A stretch of DNA of 64,000 nt from the NCBI GenBank assembly GCA_965223545.1, contig OZ245006.1, positions 2,656,001 through 2,720,000 of the forward strand. Reading direction: 5' to 3'. Below are positions 28,525 to 38,627 of this stretch, piece after piece. The stretch comes from Planctomycetota bacterium. Its GTDB lineage: Bacteria; Planctomycetota; UBA1135; UBA2386. The notes beneath the pieces are model-generated. The model was not told the DNA's origin, did not search any database, and saw nothing but the letters and a program-made list of their open reading frames with translations. Positions within the stretch are counted from its first letter, which is position 1. Each line of letters starts with the position of its first letter. A program made the translations under genes and the position numbers.

Positions 28525-28950
28525 ATGGCCACTGCCCGACCCGCACTGTCCCCCGCCGAATGGAAGGTGATGCAGATCGTCTGGCGCCTCTCCAGCGGCG
28601 CCGCGCGCGACATCTACCAGGTCGCCGAGGACGAGCACGGCATGGCGCCGAGCTCGGTCAAGACCCTGCTGCGCCGGCTGGCTGACAAGGGGCACCTGAA
28701 GACCAAACGGGTGGGCAACTGCTTCGTCTACCGGCCAACGCGATCTCGGCTCAGCATGCTGTGCGCCGCCGCCGACCGCTTGCTCGAGCACGCGCGCGGT
28801 GAGGGTGCCGGCCGCGTGCTCGCCCACATGATCGAGAACAGTCGGATGTCGTCGGACGAGCTCACCGAGCTGCGCGCGCTGCTCGATCGGCACGCGCCCG
28901 CGGAGACGGACGACGACGACCGCGGCGACGGAGACGGAGACCAGCGATGA
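28525..28950 (+). CDS. BlaI/MecI/CopY family repressor
   Basis: LSPAEWKVMQIVW, SVKTLLRRLADKG, FVYRP, ELTELRALLD. Confidence 0.92.
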   Translation: MATARPALSPAEWKVMQIVWRLSSGAARDIYQVAEDEHGMAPSSVKTLLRRLADKGHLKTKRVGNCFVYRPTRSRLSMLCAAADRLLEHARGEGAGRVLAHMIENSRMSSDELTELRALLDRHAPAETDDDDRGDGDGDQR

Positions 28951-30641
28951 CCCCGGCATGGGAAGCGTGCGCCGCCGACTGGCTGCGCTGGGCCGGCAGC
29001 AGCCTGTTCGAGGGCTCGGTGATCGCCACCGGGATGTTGCTGGCGTGGTGGTTGGTGCGCGGCCGCGCGCCCGCCCGACTGACACACGCGCTGTTCGTCC
29101 TGCTGCTCCTGCGCATCGCGGCCCCGATCTCGCTGCCGATGCCGGCGTGGCTGGTCAGCCTGAACCCGACGCAGTGGGCGGCGGCCTGGCTCGCCGGCAC
29201 GCCGAACGCGGCGTCGGCGGCGGCCGCGCCCGCGTTGCGGAGTGCGTCGACCGCGCTCCTCGACGGGCCCGCGCTCGCGACTCCCTGGTGGCACCCATGG
29301 CTGTTCGGCACGTGGCTCTGCACGGCCGCTCTACTCGCGGTGTGGCGGCTCCGCGCGCGCCTGCACGTGGCCCGCCTGATTCGCCGCGCACGTCCGCTGC
29401 CACCGGCACCGGGGCTCGACCTGGAACCGCTACGCGCCACCATGCGCGTGCGTCGCGCCGTGCGCCTCCTGGTTTCCGACGAGCTGGACACGCCGGCGGC
29501 GGGCGGTCTGCGCCGACCCTACGTAGTGTTGCCGCGCGGCCTGGCCGAATCGCTCACACCCTCGTCGCTGCGCTGGGTCCTGCTGCACGAGCTCGCGCAC
29601 ATCCGCCGCGGTGATCTGTGGACGGCCGCGCTGCAGGACGTGATCGGAACCCTCTTGTTCTTCCATCCCGGCGTCTGGCTCGCCAACCGTTTGATCGACG
29701 AGCAGCGCGAGTTCGCCGCCGACGAAGCCGCTCGGGTGGCGAGCGGTCTGTCGCGGCGCGCCTGCGGGTCCGGGTTCTTGTCCGTCGTCGAGTGGGCCCG
29801 CGCGCACCAGAAGGACGCGCGCCCGGTGCTCGCCATGTTCCGCCACCAACGCGTCATCAGGAGAAGACTCATGCGACTGCTACAAGACCGCCCACCGAAG
29901 ACCAGATCGACCCTCGCCGGCTTCGTGTTCGCCGGACTCGGCGCCCTGCTGTTGATGCCGAGCGCGCACGCCGGCCAGCAGGACCCCGAGGGCAACCGAC
30001 TCGAGCAGCTCGAGGCCAAGATCCGCCAGCTCGAGGCCGAGCAGCGCGAGCTGCGCAGTCAGCTGCGCGCGCTGAAACAGGAAGCGCCGCCGTCGGTGAA
30101 GAGCATTGAGCGGCGCAGAACGAGCGCACCGACCCCCAGGGTGTTGCGCACGGCCGAGATCGTCGGCACCGAGCTGCCGGTCGAAGAGGAGTTCCCCGTC
30201 GAGGTGATCGAGATCGGCCCGGAGTCCTTCGAAGTCTTCGAGACCGAGCCGATTGTCGTCGAAGAGGCTTTCGAGGTTGTCGAGATCGAGCCCATCGCCA
30301 TCGAGGAGGCGTTCGAGGTCTTCGAGGTCGAGCCCATTGCCACCGAAGAGGCGTTCGAGGTCTTCGAGGTCGAGCCCATCGTCGTCGAAGAGGCGCTCGA
30401 GGCCTTCGAGGTCGAGCCCATTGCCATCGAGGAGGCGTTCGAGGTCTTCGAAGTCGAGCCCATCGTCGTCGAAGAGGCCTGGGAGATCGGCGGGGTCGAA
30501 GCAGTCGAAGTGGTCGAACCGGAGATCGAGGTGATCGAGGTCGAACCCGTGGAAACCGAGGCGAGCGGAGTGGAGGTCATCGAGACCGAGCGCGCCGGTC
30601 CGGAGCGCCGGCGTACGCCGGCCAAGCGCCGCCGCCAGTAG
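28947..30641 (+). CDS. M56 (BlaR1/MecR1-like) metallopeptidase with acidic repeat tail
   Basis: LLHELAHIRRGD, FFHP.VW, REFAADE; ATGA-coupled to BlaI; coiled coil then Glu-rich repeats. Confidence 0.9.
   Translation: MTPAWEACAADWLRWAGSSLFEGSVIATGMLLAWWLVRGRAPARLTHALFVLLLLRIAAPISLPMPAWLVSLNPTQWAAAWLAGTPNAASAAAAPALRSASTALLDGPALATPWWHPWLFGTWLCTAALLAVWRLRARLHVARLIRRARPLPPAPGLDLEPLRATMRVRRAVRLLVSDELDTPAAGGLRRPYVVLPRGLAESLTPSSLRWVLLHELAHIRRGDLWTAALQDVIGTLLFFHPGVWLANRLIDEQREFAADEAARVASGLSRRACGSGFLSVVEWARAHQKDARPVLAMFRHQRVIRRRLMRLLQDRPPKTRSTLAGFVFAGLGALLLMPSAHAGQQDPEGNRLEQLEAKIRQLEAEQRELRSQLRALKQEAPPSVKSIERRRTSAPTPRVLRTAEIVGTELPVEEEFPVEVIEIGPESFEVFETEPIVVEEAFEVVEIEPIAIEEAFEVFEVEPIATEEAFEVFEVEPIVVEEALEAFEVEPIAIEEAFEVFEVEPIVVEEAWEIGGVEAVEVVEPEIEVIEVEPVETEASGVEVIETERAGPERRRTPAKRRRQ
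30219..30482 (+). repeat. 42-bp in-frame tandem repeat x6 (EEAFEVFEVEPIxx)
   Basis: Units start at 30219, 30261, 30303, 30345, 30387 and 30429, with a partial unit at 30471. Confidence 0.92.
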
Positions 30642-30693
30642 CCGGTTCGGCTCGGCTTGGCGCAGAGAACCGCGCGGATAGCATGCAGGCCCC

Positions 30694-31233
30694 ATGGCCG
30701 TCCGCACCATCCTGCTTCTCGGCGACCCGCGCTTGTACGAGCGTTCCCGACCGGTCGAGCGGCACGAGCTCGATACCCTCGCGCCGATTGCACGCGACTT
30801 GCACGACACCATGCGTGCCTTTCAGCAGGAGCACGGTTGGGGTCGCGCGATCGCCGCGCCGCAGATCGGTGTCGCCTTGCGGATCGTCGCGATGAACGAC
30901 GGCCGCCGACAGCTGACGTTCTTCAACCCCGAGCTCGACCAATACAGCGATGAGCAGCTCGAGCACTGGGAGGACTGCATGAGCTTCCCCGAGCTGTTGG
31001 TGCGCCTGCGCAATCCGCGTCGCTGCCGGCTGCGCTATCGCGATGCGCAGTGGCAACCGCAGACCGTCCACCTCACCGACGACTACGCCGAGCTGTTGCA
31101 GCACGAGGTCGACCACCTCGACGGCGTGCTCTCCGTCCAACGCGCCGTGGACGACCGCTCCATCGCGCTGCGCCGCGCCCGACCGGCCAAGCCGGGCGCG
31201 CTCCGCGGTGAGTTCCGGCCGGCCACGCACTGA
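30694..31233 (+). CDS. def: Peptide deformylase (variant motifs)
   Basis: GRAIAAPQIG, EDCMSFP, QHEVDHLDG. Confidence 0.9.
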   Translation: MAVRTILLLGDPRLYERSRPVERHELDTLAPIARDLHDTMRAFQQEHGWGRAIAAPQIGVALRIVAMNDGRRQLTFFNPELDQYSDEQLEHWEDCMSFPELLVRLRNPRRCRLRYRDAQWQPQTVHLTDDYAELLQHEVDHLDGVLSVQRAVDDRSIALRRARPAKPGALRGEFRPATH

Positions 31234-31250
31234 CGCCTGCGGCGTGCCGC

Positions 31251-31814
31251 TCACACGGGCGCAGCCGCCCGAGCCCGCCACGCCTCGAGCGACAGCGTGT
31301 CCTCGACCTCCCAATCGTAGTACCAAGCTCGCCGCGCACCGTGCACGTCGGTGGCTGCATTGTCGCGCACGTACTCGAGGAACTCGACGAGGCAGCGGCT
31401 CTGCTCCCGCGAGTAGTTGGCGAAGTGGCGCGCGCCGTGCCACCACGGCGCCGCGGAGTCGGACGGCGCGAGGCCCGGCAAGTGCTCGCGCATCCGCCAC
31501 AGAATCGAATCGAGGATCTCGTGCTCCGCATCGTGCACGAGTCCGGCGTGCAGGAACGCCGGCACGTAGTAGTTGAACAGGTGCGGAGGTGTCTGCAGGG
31601 AGAAGCCGATCGCGGCGCAGATGTCGAAGCGCATGCCGCCGAGGTCGTGCGGCTCGACCTCCGTCCACGGGCGATCGGCGAAGCCGGCGTACTCATCCAC
31701 GCCCGACGGGTCGAGGCCGAAGCCAGGCGGGTACGGCGGCACGGGGTCGATCGGAAAGCAGGCGCGCAGTCGGGCGCGCACCGCTTCGCTTCGGGGGGCT
31801 CCGTCAGGGTCCAT
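31251..31814 (-). CDS. Hypothetical protein (DUF6714-like)
   Basis: Protein-like composition; FNYYVPAFL and later Q...L.EFL pattern; start ATG 31814. Confidence 0.5.
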   Translation of the reverse strand: MDPDGAPRSEAVRARLRACFPIDPVPPYPPGFGLDPSGVDEYAGFADRPWTEVEPHDLGGMRFDICAAIGFSLQTPPHLFNYYVPAFLHAGLVHDAEHEILDSILWRMREHLPGLAPSDSAAPWWHGARHFANYSREQSRCLVEFLEYVRDNAATDVHGARRAWYYDWEVEDTLSLEAWRARAAAPV

Positions 31815-31956
31815 GGCTGCTCCGCACATACGGATTCTTACCTGAATCACGCCGGCCGCGCAGAAAGCGCGAGTCGGATGCACCCTGGTGCGGCCTGCGC
31901 GCAGTACCCAAGCAGCCCCAGGTTCCGAACCCGCCCGCTTCTGCGGGCGACGTCTC

Positions 31957-32961
31957 ATGCACGCACGCCATTTCACCGCGGTCCTCGCCGCGCTGGTGCC
32001 CGCCGTTGCGGCGCAGCACATCTCCTACCCGCAAGAGACTCTCCAGTACCGCCTCGGCAACCTCCTGCCGTTGGGCTCCGGCGGAGGAGGCGCCGGCAGC
32101 CAGGTCGAGGAAGGCCGCTGGCACCAGCTGATCCCCGCCGACCACTTGCCGACCCGGCCCGGGCCGATCCGCGGCCTGTCGGTCGTCATCGGCGGCCTGT
32201 TCGGTGCCGAGCACGCGATCCCGTACGCCTCCTTGCGGATCAGTCTGGCACACACCAACCGGACGACGCTGAGCACCGCGTTCGCGCAGAACCTCAACAG
32301 CCCGGTCACGGTCGTCGATCGGACCGACACGGTCCTGACCTGGATCGAGCAACGCTGGAACCACCTGCCGTTCGACACCCCGTTCGACTACGACGGCAAG
32401 AGCGGCCTGCTGATCGAGTTCCGCAAGGAGGTCGACGCCCGCTTCCGCGGCTCTTCGTCGGCCGCGAACCAGCCGGGCAACCCCGGCAGGCCGGATCTGC
32501 CCGCCGCGGTCTACTCGTTCGGCCCCGCCGGCTCGGGCGCGGCCGGCGCAGCCAATGCCGCGGTGATCGGCGCTCCGCTGCAGCTTCGCCTGCACGTCGA
32601 GTCGCCGACCCTCGTGCTGCTGAGCGATCCGGTGCCGGCGTTGTTCGGCCACGTGTTCGCGTTGGCACAGAGCTTCGACGCCACGGTCACCGCCGCCGCC
32701 GGCAGCCGCTACTGCACCTGGGTGGGCGCCGGTTTCGGCCCGCGTTTCTCATGGCCGGGCGCCAGCGGCGAGGGCGTCGTCCAACCCCTCGCGGTCATCT
32801 CGGTCGGCGCGATCGGCGGCGAGGGCAGCGCGACGGCCAGCGTGCCGATCCCCGCCGATCCCAACCTCGTCGGCGGTCTCCTCGCCGTGCAGGCCGGCGT
32901 GCTCGGTACCAACGGACAGCTCTCGTTCACCAACGCGGCCGACTTCGTCATCAACAGCTGA
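31957..32961 (+). CDS. Secreted hypothetical protein with shared C-terminal domain
   Basis: Signal ...VPAVAA|Q; FDTPFDYDG..GLLIE motif; CTD VPIPADPNLVG...VQAGVL...FTNAADFVINS. Confidence 0.8.
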   Translation: MHARHFTAVLAALVPAVAAQHISYPQETLQYRLGNLLPLGSGGGGAGSQVEEGRWHQLIPADHLPTRPGPIRGLSVVIGGLFGAEHAIPYASLRISLAHTNRTTLSTAFAQNLNSPVTVVDRTDTVLTWIEQRWNHLPFDTPFDYDGKSGLLIEFRKEVDARFRGSSSAANQPGNPGRPDLPAAVYSFGPAGSGAAGAANAAVIGAPLQLRLHVESPTLVLLSDPVPALFGHVFALAQSFDATVTAAAGSRYCTWVGAGFGPRFSWPGASGEGVVQPLAVISVGAIGGEGSATASVPIPADPNLVGGLLAVQAGVLGTNGQLSFTNAADFVINS

Positions 32962-33021
32962 CTGGACCGGTCGCGGGCGCACCGCTCGGTCTCTTCGATC
33001 CTGCTAAGATCGACCGCCGCG

Positions 33022-36000
33022 ATGCCGCTGTCCGACTTCCACCCCGCTGTCCGCCGCTGGTTCTCCGAGCAGCTCGGCACGCCGACCGAACCGCAGGCGC
33101 GCGGCTGGAGTGCGATCCGCGCCGGTGACCACACGCTGATCGCCGCACCGACCGGCTCGGGTAAGACGCTCGCGGCGTTTCTGTGCGCGATCGACGGCCT
33201 CGTCCGGCAGGGCACGGCGCTGCCGGATGCAACGCAGGTGCTGTACGTGTCGCCGCTCAAAGCGCTCGGCAACGACGTGCAGAAGAACCTGACGACACCG
33301 CTCGAGCAGATCGCCGCGCTCGACCCAGCGGTCCCCGACATCCGCGTCACCGTGCGCAGCGGCGACACGCCACAGGCGGATCGCGCGCGCATGCTGCGCC
33401 GCCCCCCAAACATCTTGGTGACGACGCCCGAGTCGCTGTACATCCTGCTCACCAGCGATGGTGGCCGCGCGATGCTGTCGTCGGTGCGCACGGTGATCGT
33501 CGACGAGATCCACGCCGTGCTCGGCGACAAGCGGGGCGCGCACCTCGCGTTGTCGCTCGAGCGATTGGCGGCGTTGTGCGGCGACGTGCAGCGCATCGGC
33601 CTGTCCGCGACGCAGAAGCCCCTCAGCGAGGTCGGCCAGTTTCTCGTCGGCACCGGGCGCCAGTGCAACACGGTCGACGCCGGCCACCTGCGCACGCTCG
33701 ACCTCGCGGTCGAAGTGCCGGGCTCCGAGCTGTCGGCGGTTTGCTCGCACGAGGTCTGGGACGAGATCTACGACCGCGTCGTCGAGCTGGTGGAAGCGCA
33801 CCGCACGACGCTGGTGTTCGTCAACACGCGCAAGCTCGCCGAGCGCGTCGCCGCCCGGCTCACCGACCGGCTCGGCGCCGAAGCCGTCACCAGCCACCAC
33901 GGCAGCTTGGCGCGCGACCGTCGGCTGCTGGCCGAGCAACGCCTGAAGAACGGCGAACTCAAGGCACTGGTGGCGACCGCCTCTCTCGAGCTGGGCATCG
34001 ACATCGGCGACGTCGACCTGGTGGTGCAGATCGGCGTGACCCCGTCGATCGCGGCTTTCCTGCAGCGCGTGGGCCGGGCCGGCCACGGCGTCGGCCGCGT
34101 GCCGATCGGCCGCATCTTTCCGTTGACGATGGACGAGCTGGTCTGTGCGACCGCCGTGCTGCGCAGCGTGCGCCGCGGCGAGCTCGACCGCACGCCCCAA
34201 CCGGCAGCGCCGCTCGACATCCTGGCGCAACAAGTCGTCGCCGCCTGCGTGGCCGAGACCTGGGAGGCCGACGCGCTGTTCGAGCGGATGCGGCGCGCAT
34301 GGCCGTATCGAGAGCTCGAGCGGAGCGACTTCGACGCGGTGATCGCACTGCACGCCGATGGTCGGCAGTCGCTGCTGCACGTCGACGGAGTCGGGGGGCG
34401 ACTGCGCGCGACAAGGAGAGCGCGGATTCCGGCGATGACGGCCGGCGGTGCCATCCCGGACACCGCCGACTACCAAGTGGTACTGCAGCCCGAGGGGCAG
34501 GTGGTCGGCACGCTGCACGAAGACTTCGCCATCGAGTCCAACGTCGGTGACATCTTCCAGCTCGGCAACACGTCGTGGCGCATCCTGCGGGTCGAGCCCG
34601 GCACCGTGCGCGTCGCCAACGCCGAGGGCCTGCCGCCAACCCTGCCGTTTTGGATCGCCGAGGGCCCGGCGCGCACGCGCGAGCTGTCGGCGTCGGTGGC
34701 CACTGTGCGCGAAGATCCGGCGGGGTCCGCCGCAGCCGCGGAACTCGGCACGGCCGCCGCCGACCAGTTGCAGCACTACATCGACGCCGGCCGCGCGGCG
34801 CTGGGCACGGTGCCGACGCAGCAGCGCATCGTGCTCGAGCGCTTCTTCGACGAAGCCGACGGCATGCAGATCGTCGTGCATGCGCCGTTTGGTGGGCGCA
34901 TCAATCGCGCCTTCGGCCTGGCGCTGCGCAAACGGTTCTGCCGCCACTTCGGTTTCGAGCTGCAGGCGGCGGCCAACGAGGAGGCGTTTCTTCTGTCGCT
35001 GGGTCCCCAGCAGAGCTTCCCGCTGGCGGAGATCGTCACCTATCTTCACCCCGACACCGCGCGCGCCGTGCTCAGCCAGGCGCTGCTGGCGGCGCCGATG
35101 TTCCAGACGCGGTGGCGCTGGAACGTGACGCGCTCGCTGTTGGTCAGCCGCACGCGCGGCGGCAAGCGCGTGCCGGCCCCGCTGCTTCGCTTCCGCGCCG
35201 ACGACGCGCTGGCGGCGGCCTTCCCGCAAGCGACTGCTTGTCCGGAAAACCTGCCCCCCGGCGACACGCCGATCCCGCTCGACAACCCCATCGTGCGGCA
35301 GACCGTCGAAGACTGTCTGCACGAGGCGATGGACGTCGACGGGCTGCTGCAGGTCCTGCAAGGCCTGCGCAGCGGAGCGATCGAGGTCGTCGCCATCGAC
35401 CGCCCGGAGCCGTCACCGTTCGCCGAGGGTATCCTCAACGCGCAGCCCTACGCGTTCCTCGACGACGCGCCCCTCGAGGAGCGGCGCAGCCAAGCCGTGC
35501 TCAACCGGCGCGCGTTCGTGCCGGAGAAGGTGCAGAAGAGCGGGCCGTTGGATCCCGAGGTCGTGCGGCGCGTGCGCGAGGAGGCCTGGCCGGCGCCGCG
35601 CGACGCCGAGGAGCTGCACGAGGCACTGCTGTGGATGGGATACGCCCGCGACGACGAGTGCGCCGACTGGCGGGTGTGGCTCACGGCGCTGGCGGCGGCC
35701 GGCCGGGTCGTGCGCGACGGCGACCGCTGGTTCGCGGCGGAGGTCGATCGCGGCGACGCGCTCGGTCTGCTGCGCGGTCGACTCGAAGCGCTCGGGCCGA
35801 TCCACTCCGACGACCCGCTCCTGCTCACCCTGGAGGCCGAAGGCGTCGCGGTGCGCTGCGCGGTCGACGGCGCGCCGGCTTGGTGCAACCGGCGGCTGCT
35901 GGCGCGCATCCACCGCTACACCGTCGAGCGGCTGCGCCAGGAGATCGCGCCGGTGGCGCCCGCTCAGCTGCTGCGCTTTCTCGCATGCTGGCAGCACGCC

Positions 36001-36873
36001 GACCCAGAGCACCGGCTCGAGGGTCCGGCCGGCGTCGAGCAGGTGCTCCGCCAGCTGGCGGGTCTCGACGCACCCGCGTGGGCATGGGAGCCCATGGTGC
36101 TGAAGGCCCGCGTGCGCGACTACAAGAAGGAATGGCTGGACGAGCTGACGCTGTCCGGCCAGTTCGCCTGGGGCAGGCTGTGGGGCAACGGCGCGTGCGC
36201 GGTACGCAGCGCGCCGCTCAGCGTCGTGCCGCGCGAGGATCTCGGGGCATGGCTCGCACTCGCGCGCGGCGAGCGACCGGAGCTCGGCGCCGACGCGGCC
36301 ATCGTGCACGAGACTCTCGCGGCGCGCGGTGCGATGTTCACCCTCGAGCTGCAGATGGCGACGCAGCTGCTGCCGAGTCGACTCGACGACGCGCTGGGCG
36401 AGCTGGTCGCGCGCGGCTGTGCCACCAGCGACGCGTTCTCCGCCCTGCGACAGCTCACCGTCCCGGCAAGTCGGCGCCGGCGCCGCGTGACGGCGTCGGG
36501 ACGGTGGAGCTTGCTCGACCCGACCGCGCACGATCCGCCGGACGTGGACTTCATCGCCGACCGGTTGCTCGCGCGCTACGGGGTGTTGTTCCGGGCTCTG
36601 CTCCAACGGGAGCGCATCCCCGTGCCATGGCGCACGCTCCTGCGTGAGCTACGGCACCGAGAACTCGCCGGCCGCATCCGCGGCGGCCGGTTCGTCACCG
36701 GTTTCGACGGCGAGCAGTTCGCGCTGCCGGAGGCAGTGCGGCTGTTGCGCGCACAGCGCAAGCGGTCGGCGCCGCCGTTGCAGGTGGCGGCCGCCGACCC
36801 GCTCAACTTGAGTGGCATCGTGACGCCAGAAGAACGGGTGTCTCCGCTGACCCACCGCACGGTCGCGGTGTAG
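33022..36873 (+). CDS. lhr: Lhr-family DEAD/DEAH-box helicase, long form with C-terminal domain
   Basis: APTGSGKT, YVSPLKAL, TTPESL, DEIH, GLSAT, HHGSL, ATASLELGIDIG, QRVGRAGH, GGAIPD; C-terminal RGGRFV.GF.GEQFA. Confidence 0.9.
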   Translation: MPLSDFHPAVRRWFSEQLGTPTEPQARGWSAIRAGDHTLIAAPTGSGKTLAAFLCAIDGLVRQGTALPDATQVLYVSPLKALGNDVQKNLTTPLEQIAALDPAVPDIRVTVRSGDTPQADRARMLRRPPNILVTTPESLYILLTSDGGRAMLSSVRTVIVDEIHAVLGDKRGAHLALSLERLAALCGDVQRIGLSATQKPLSEVGQFLVGTGRQCNTVDAGHLRTLDLAVEVPGSELSAVCSHEVWDEIYDRVVELVEAHRTTLVFVNTRKLAERVAARLTDRLGAEAVTSHHGSLARDRRLLAEQRLKNGELKALVATASLELGIDIGDVDLVVQIGVTPSIAAFLQRVGRAGHGVGRVPIGRIFPLTMDELVCATAVLRSVRRGELDRTPQPAAPLDILAQQVVAACVAETWEADALFERMRRAWPYRELERSDFDAVIALHADGRQSLLHVDGVGGRLRATRRARIPAMTAGGAIPDTADYQVVLQPEGQVVGTLHEDFAIESNVGDIFQLGNTSWRILRVEPGTVRVANAEGLPPTLPFWIAEGPARTRELSASVATVREDPAGSAAAAELGTAAADQLQHYIDAGRAALGTVPTQQRIVLERFFDEADGMQIVVHAPFGGRINRAFGLALRKRFCRHFGFELQAAANEEAFLLSLGPQQSFPLAEIVTYLHPDTARAVLSQALLAAPMFQTRWRWNVTRSLLVSRTRGGKRVPAPLLRFRADDALAAAFPQATACPENLPPGDTPIPLDNPIVRQTVEDCLHEAMDVDGLLQVLQGLRSGAIEVVAIDRPEPSPFAEGILNAQPYAFLDDAPLEERRSQAVLNRRAFVPEKVQKSGPLDPEVVRRVREEAWPAPRDAEELHEALLWMGYARDDECADWRVWLTALAAAGRVVRDGDRWFAAEVDRGDALGLLRGRLEALGPIHSDDPLLLTLEAEGVAVRCAVDGAPAWCNRRLLARIHRYTVERLRQEIAPVAPAQLLRFLACWQHADPEHRLEGPAGVEQVLRQLAGLDAPAWAWEPMVLKARVRDYKKEWLDELTLSGQFAWGRLWGNGACAVRSAPLSVVPREDLGAWLALARGERPELGADAAIVHETLAARGAMFTLELQMATQLLPSRLDDALGELVARGCATSDAFSALRQLTVPASRRRRRVTASGRWSLLDPTAHDPPDVDFIADRLLARYGVLFRALLQRERIPVPWRTLLRELRHRELAGRIRGGRFVTGFDGEQFALPEAVRLLRAQRKRSAPPLQVAAADPLNLSGIVTPEERVSPLTHRTVAV

Positions 36874-36971
36874 CCGTGGGCCAGGACGGCCACGGCACTT
36901 TTCCCAGATCAAGACCACGAGGCTCCCCAAGGGCAAGATCGAGGAGAACGCACCACGAAACGGAGAACACG

Positions 36972-38627
36972 ATGCGGCCGCGCGCACCTGCGTTGAAACC
37001 CCTGGCGATCTTGACCCTCGGCACCGCGCTCACCGCGCAGGGCTACCCCCTGTGGACGAGCACGTCGCCCGCGTTGCCCGTCCATCCCAGCGCGGGCACC
37101 GGCGACATCGACGGCGATGGAGTCCGCGATCTGCTCCGCGGCCCGGTGCCATTGAGCGGCGGCCCGATCGAAGTCGTCTCCGGCCGCGACGGCATCGTGC
37201 TCCGGACCCTCGCGGCTCCCGCGGGGAGCGCCGCGTTCGGTTACGCGCTTGCCCCGTTTCCCGACGCCGACGGAGACGGGGTAGCGGACATTCTGGCCGG
37301 TGATCTTCGCGCGACCGTTCCCGGGACCGGGTTGGGCAGCGTGCTCGTCGTCTCCTCGGCGACGGGCATGGTGCTCGAGCGCGTCTCTGCACCGGCCGGC
37401 GCGCAGGAATTCGGCATCGTCGTCGCTGCCGTGAGCGACCTCGACGCGGACGGGACGGCCGACATCCTGGCCGCGGCGACGACTCCGTCACAGGTCGTCA
37501 TCGCCTCCGGGCGCACCGGCCTGCCGCTGCGCACGCTCGCCGGTACCGGCCCGTTCGATGGCTATGGCGCGAGCGTGCTCGACGCCGGAGACGTCGACGG
37601 CGACGGTGTCGCGGAGATCGCGATCGGAGTCACCGAGCCCGGCAACTCGCTCGACCCACCGTTCGTGCCGACCGGCACCGGCTACGTCGAGCTCCGCTCC
37701 GGCGCCACGGGAGGCCTGCTGTGGGTCAGCCGCGGTGCCGCGGTGCGCGACGCGTTCGGCAGCGCGCTCGCGCGCGTGCACGACGTCGACGGCGATGGGC
37801 TGCCCGACTTGCTCGCCGGCGCCCCGCAACGCTACCCCTGCTCCGACATGACCTGCTACTCCGGCGCCGGCTATGCCTCGGTTCTGTCGGCGCGGACGGG
37901 CGCGGTACTGCTCACGGTGAACGGCACCGGCACCGCCGCGCAGTTCGGCGCATCGGTCACCGCGATGCCCGACGTGGATGGCGACGATGTCGATGATTTC
38001 GCGGTCGGCGCACCGGGCGACGACAACTATTTCTACGTTCCGTTTCCCGGTGTAGTGCACGTGTTCTCCGGCGCAGACGGAACCGGAATCGCGAATGCCG
38101 GCACGGCGCCCGATCTGTTCGCCGGCAGGGACGTGATCGCGCTCGGCGATGCCGACGGCGACGGCGTGCCGGATGTCGCCAGCGGTCCGCGGCTCGATGC
38201 GCGTTCGCTGGTGGGCATCGCGAACGGCGATCTGCGCGTGGGCACCGCGTGTGCGGGCGCGGGTGGACGCGCGCCCACGCTCGCGACCTACGGTGGGACC
38301 ATCGATGCGAGCGGCAACGCGCGCTTTGGCTTCGCGGTCTCGCAGGGCCGCGCCAATGCCCCCACGGCGCTGCTGCTCGGCACCGCGACCAACCCCGCCG
38401 GAGTGTCGTTCGGCGGCTGCAGGGTGCACGCCGGCGGCACCATCGTCGCCGCCGTGCCCGCGGCGACCCTGAGCAGCAACGGCCATCGGTTCCTGCCCAC
38501 GCCGGTTCCGGTGCTGCCGCCGGCGACGGCGGGATCGACGCTCACGTGGCAGGGCTTGGTGCTGGATGCGGCCAGCCCGAACGGACTCTTCAGCGTGACC
38601 GAGGCGGTGGTGACGACCGTGCGCTGA
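36972..38627 (+). CDS. Secreted FG-GAP/VCBS (integrin-alpha-like) repeat protein with shared C-terminal domain
   Basis: GGAGA RBS; signal ...ALTA|Q; seven DxDGDGxxD-type motifs; CTD ending WQGLVLD...SVTEAVVTTVR. Confidence 0.9.
   Translation: MRPRAPALKPLAILTLGTALTAQGYPLWTSTSPALPVHPSAGTGDIDGDGVRDLLRGPVPLSGGPIEVVSGRDGIVLRTLAAPAGSAAFGYALAPFPDADGDGVADILAGDLRATVPGTGLGSVLVVSSATGMVLERVSAPAGAQEFGIVVAAVSDLDADGTADILAAATTPSQVVIASGRTGLPLRTLAGTGPFDGYGASVLDAGDVDGDGVAEIAIGVTEPGNSLDPPFVPTGTGYVELRSGATGGLLWVSRGAAVRDAFGSALARVHDVDGDGLPDLLAGAPQRYPCSDMTCYSGAGYASVLSARTGAVLLTVNGTGTAAQFGASVTAMPDVDGDDVDDFAVGAPGDDNYFYVPFPGVVHVFSGADGTGIANAGTAPDLFAGRDVIALGDADGDGVPDVASGPRLDARSLVGIANGDLRVGTACAGAGGRAPTLATYGGTIDASGNARFGFAVSQGRANAPTALLLGTATNPAGVSFGGCRVHAGGTIVAAVPAATLSSNGHRFLPTPVPVLPPATAGSTLTWQGLVLDAASPNGLFSVTEAVVTTVR

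Noticed and set aside
30219..30482. Possible CRISPR array
   Set aside because: Repeats are contiguous, in frame, vary at synonymous positions, have no unique spacers, and no cas genes are nearby.
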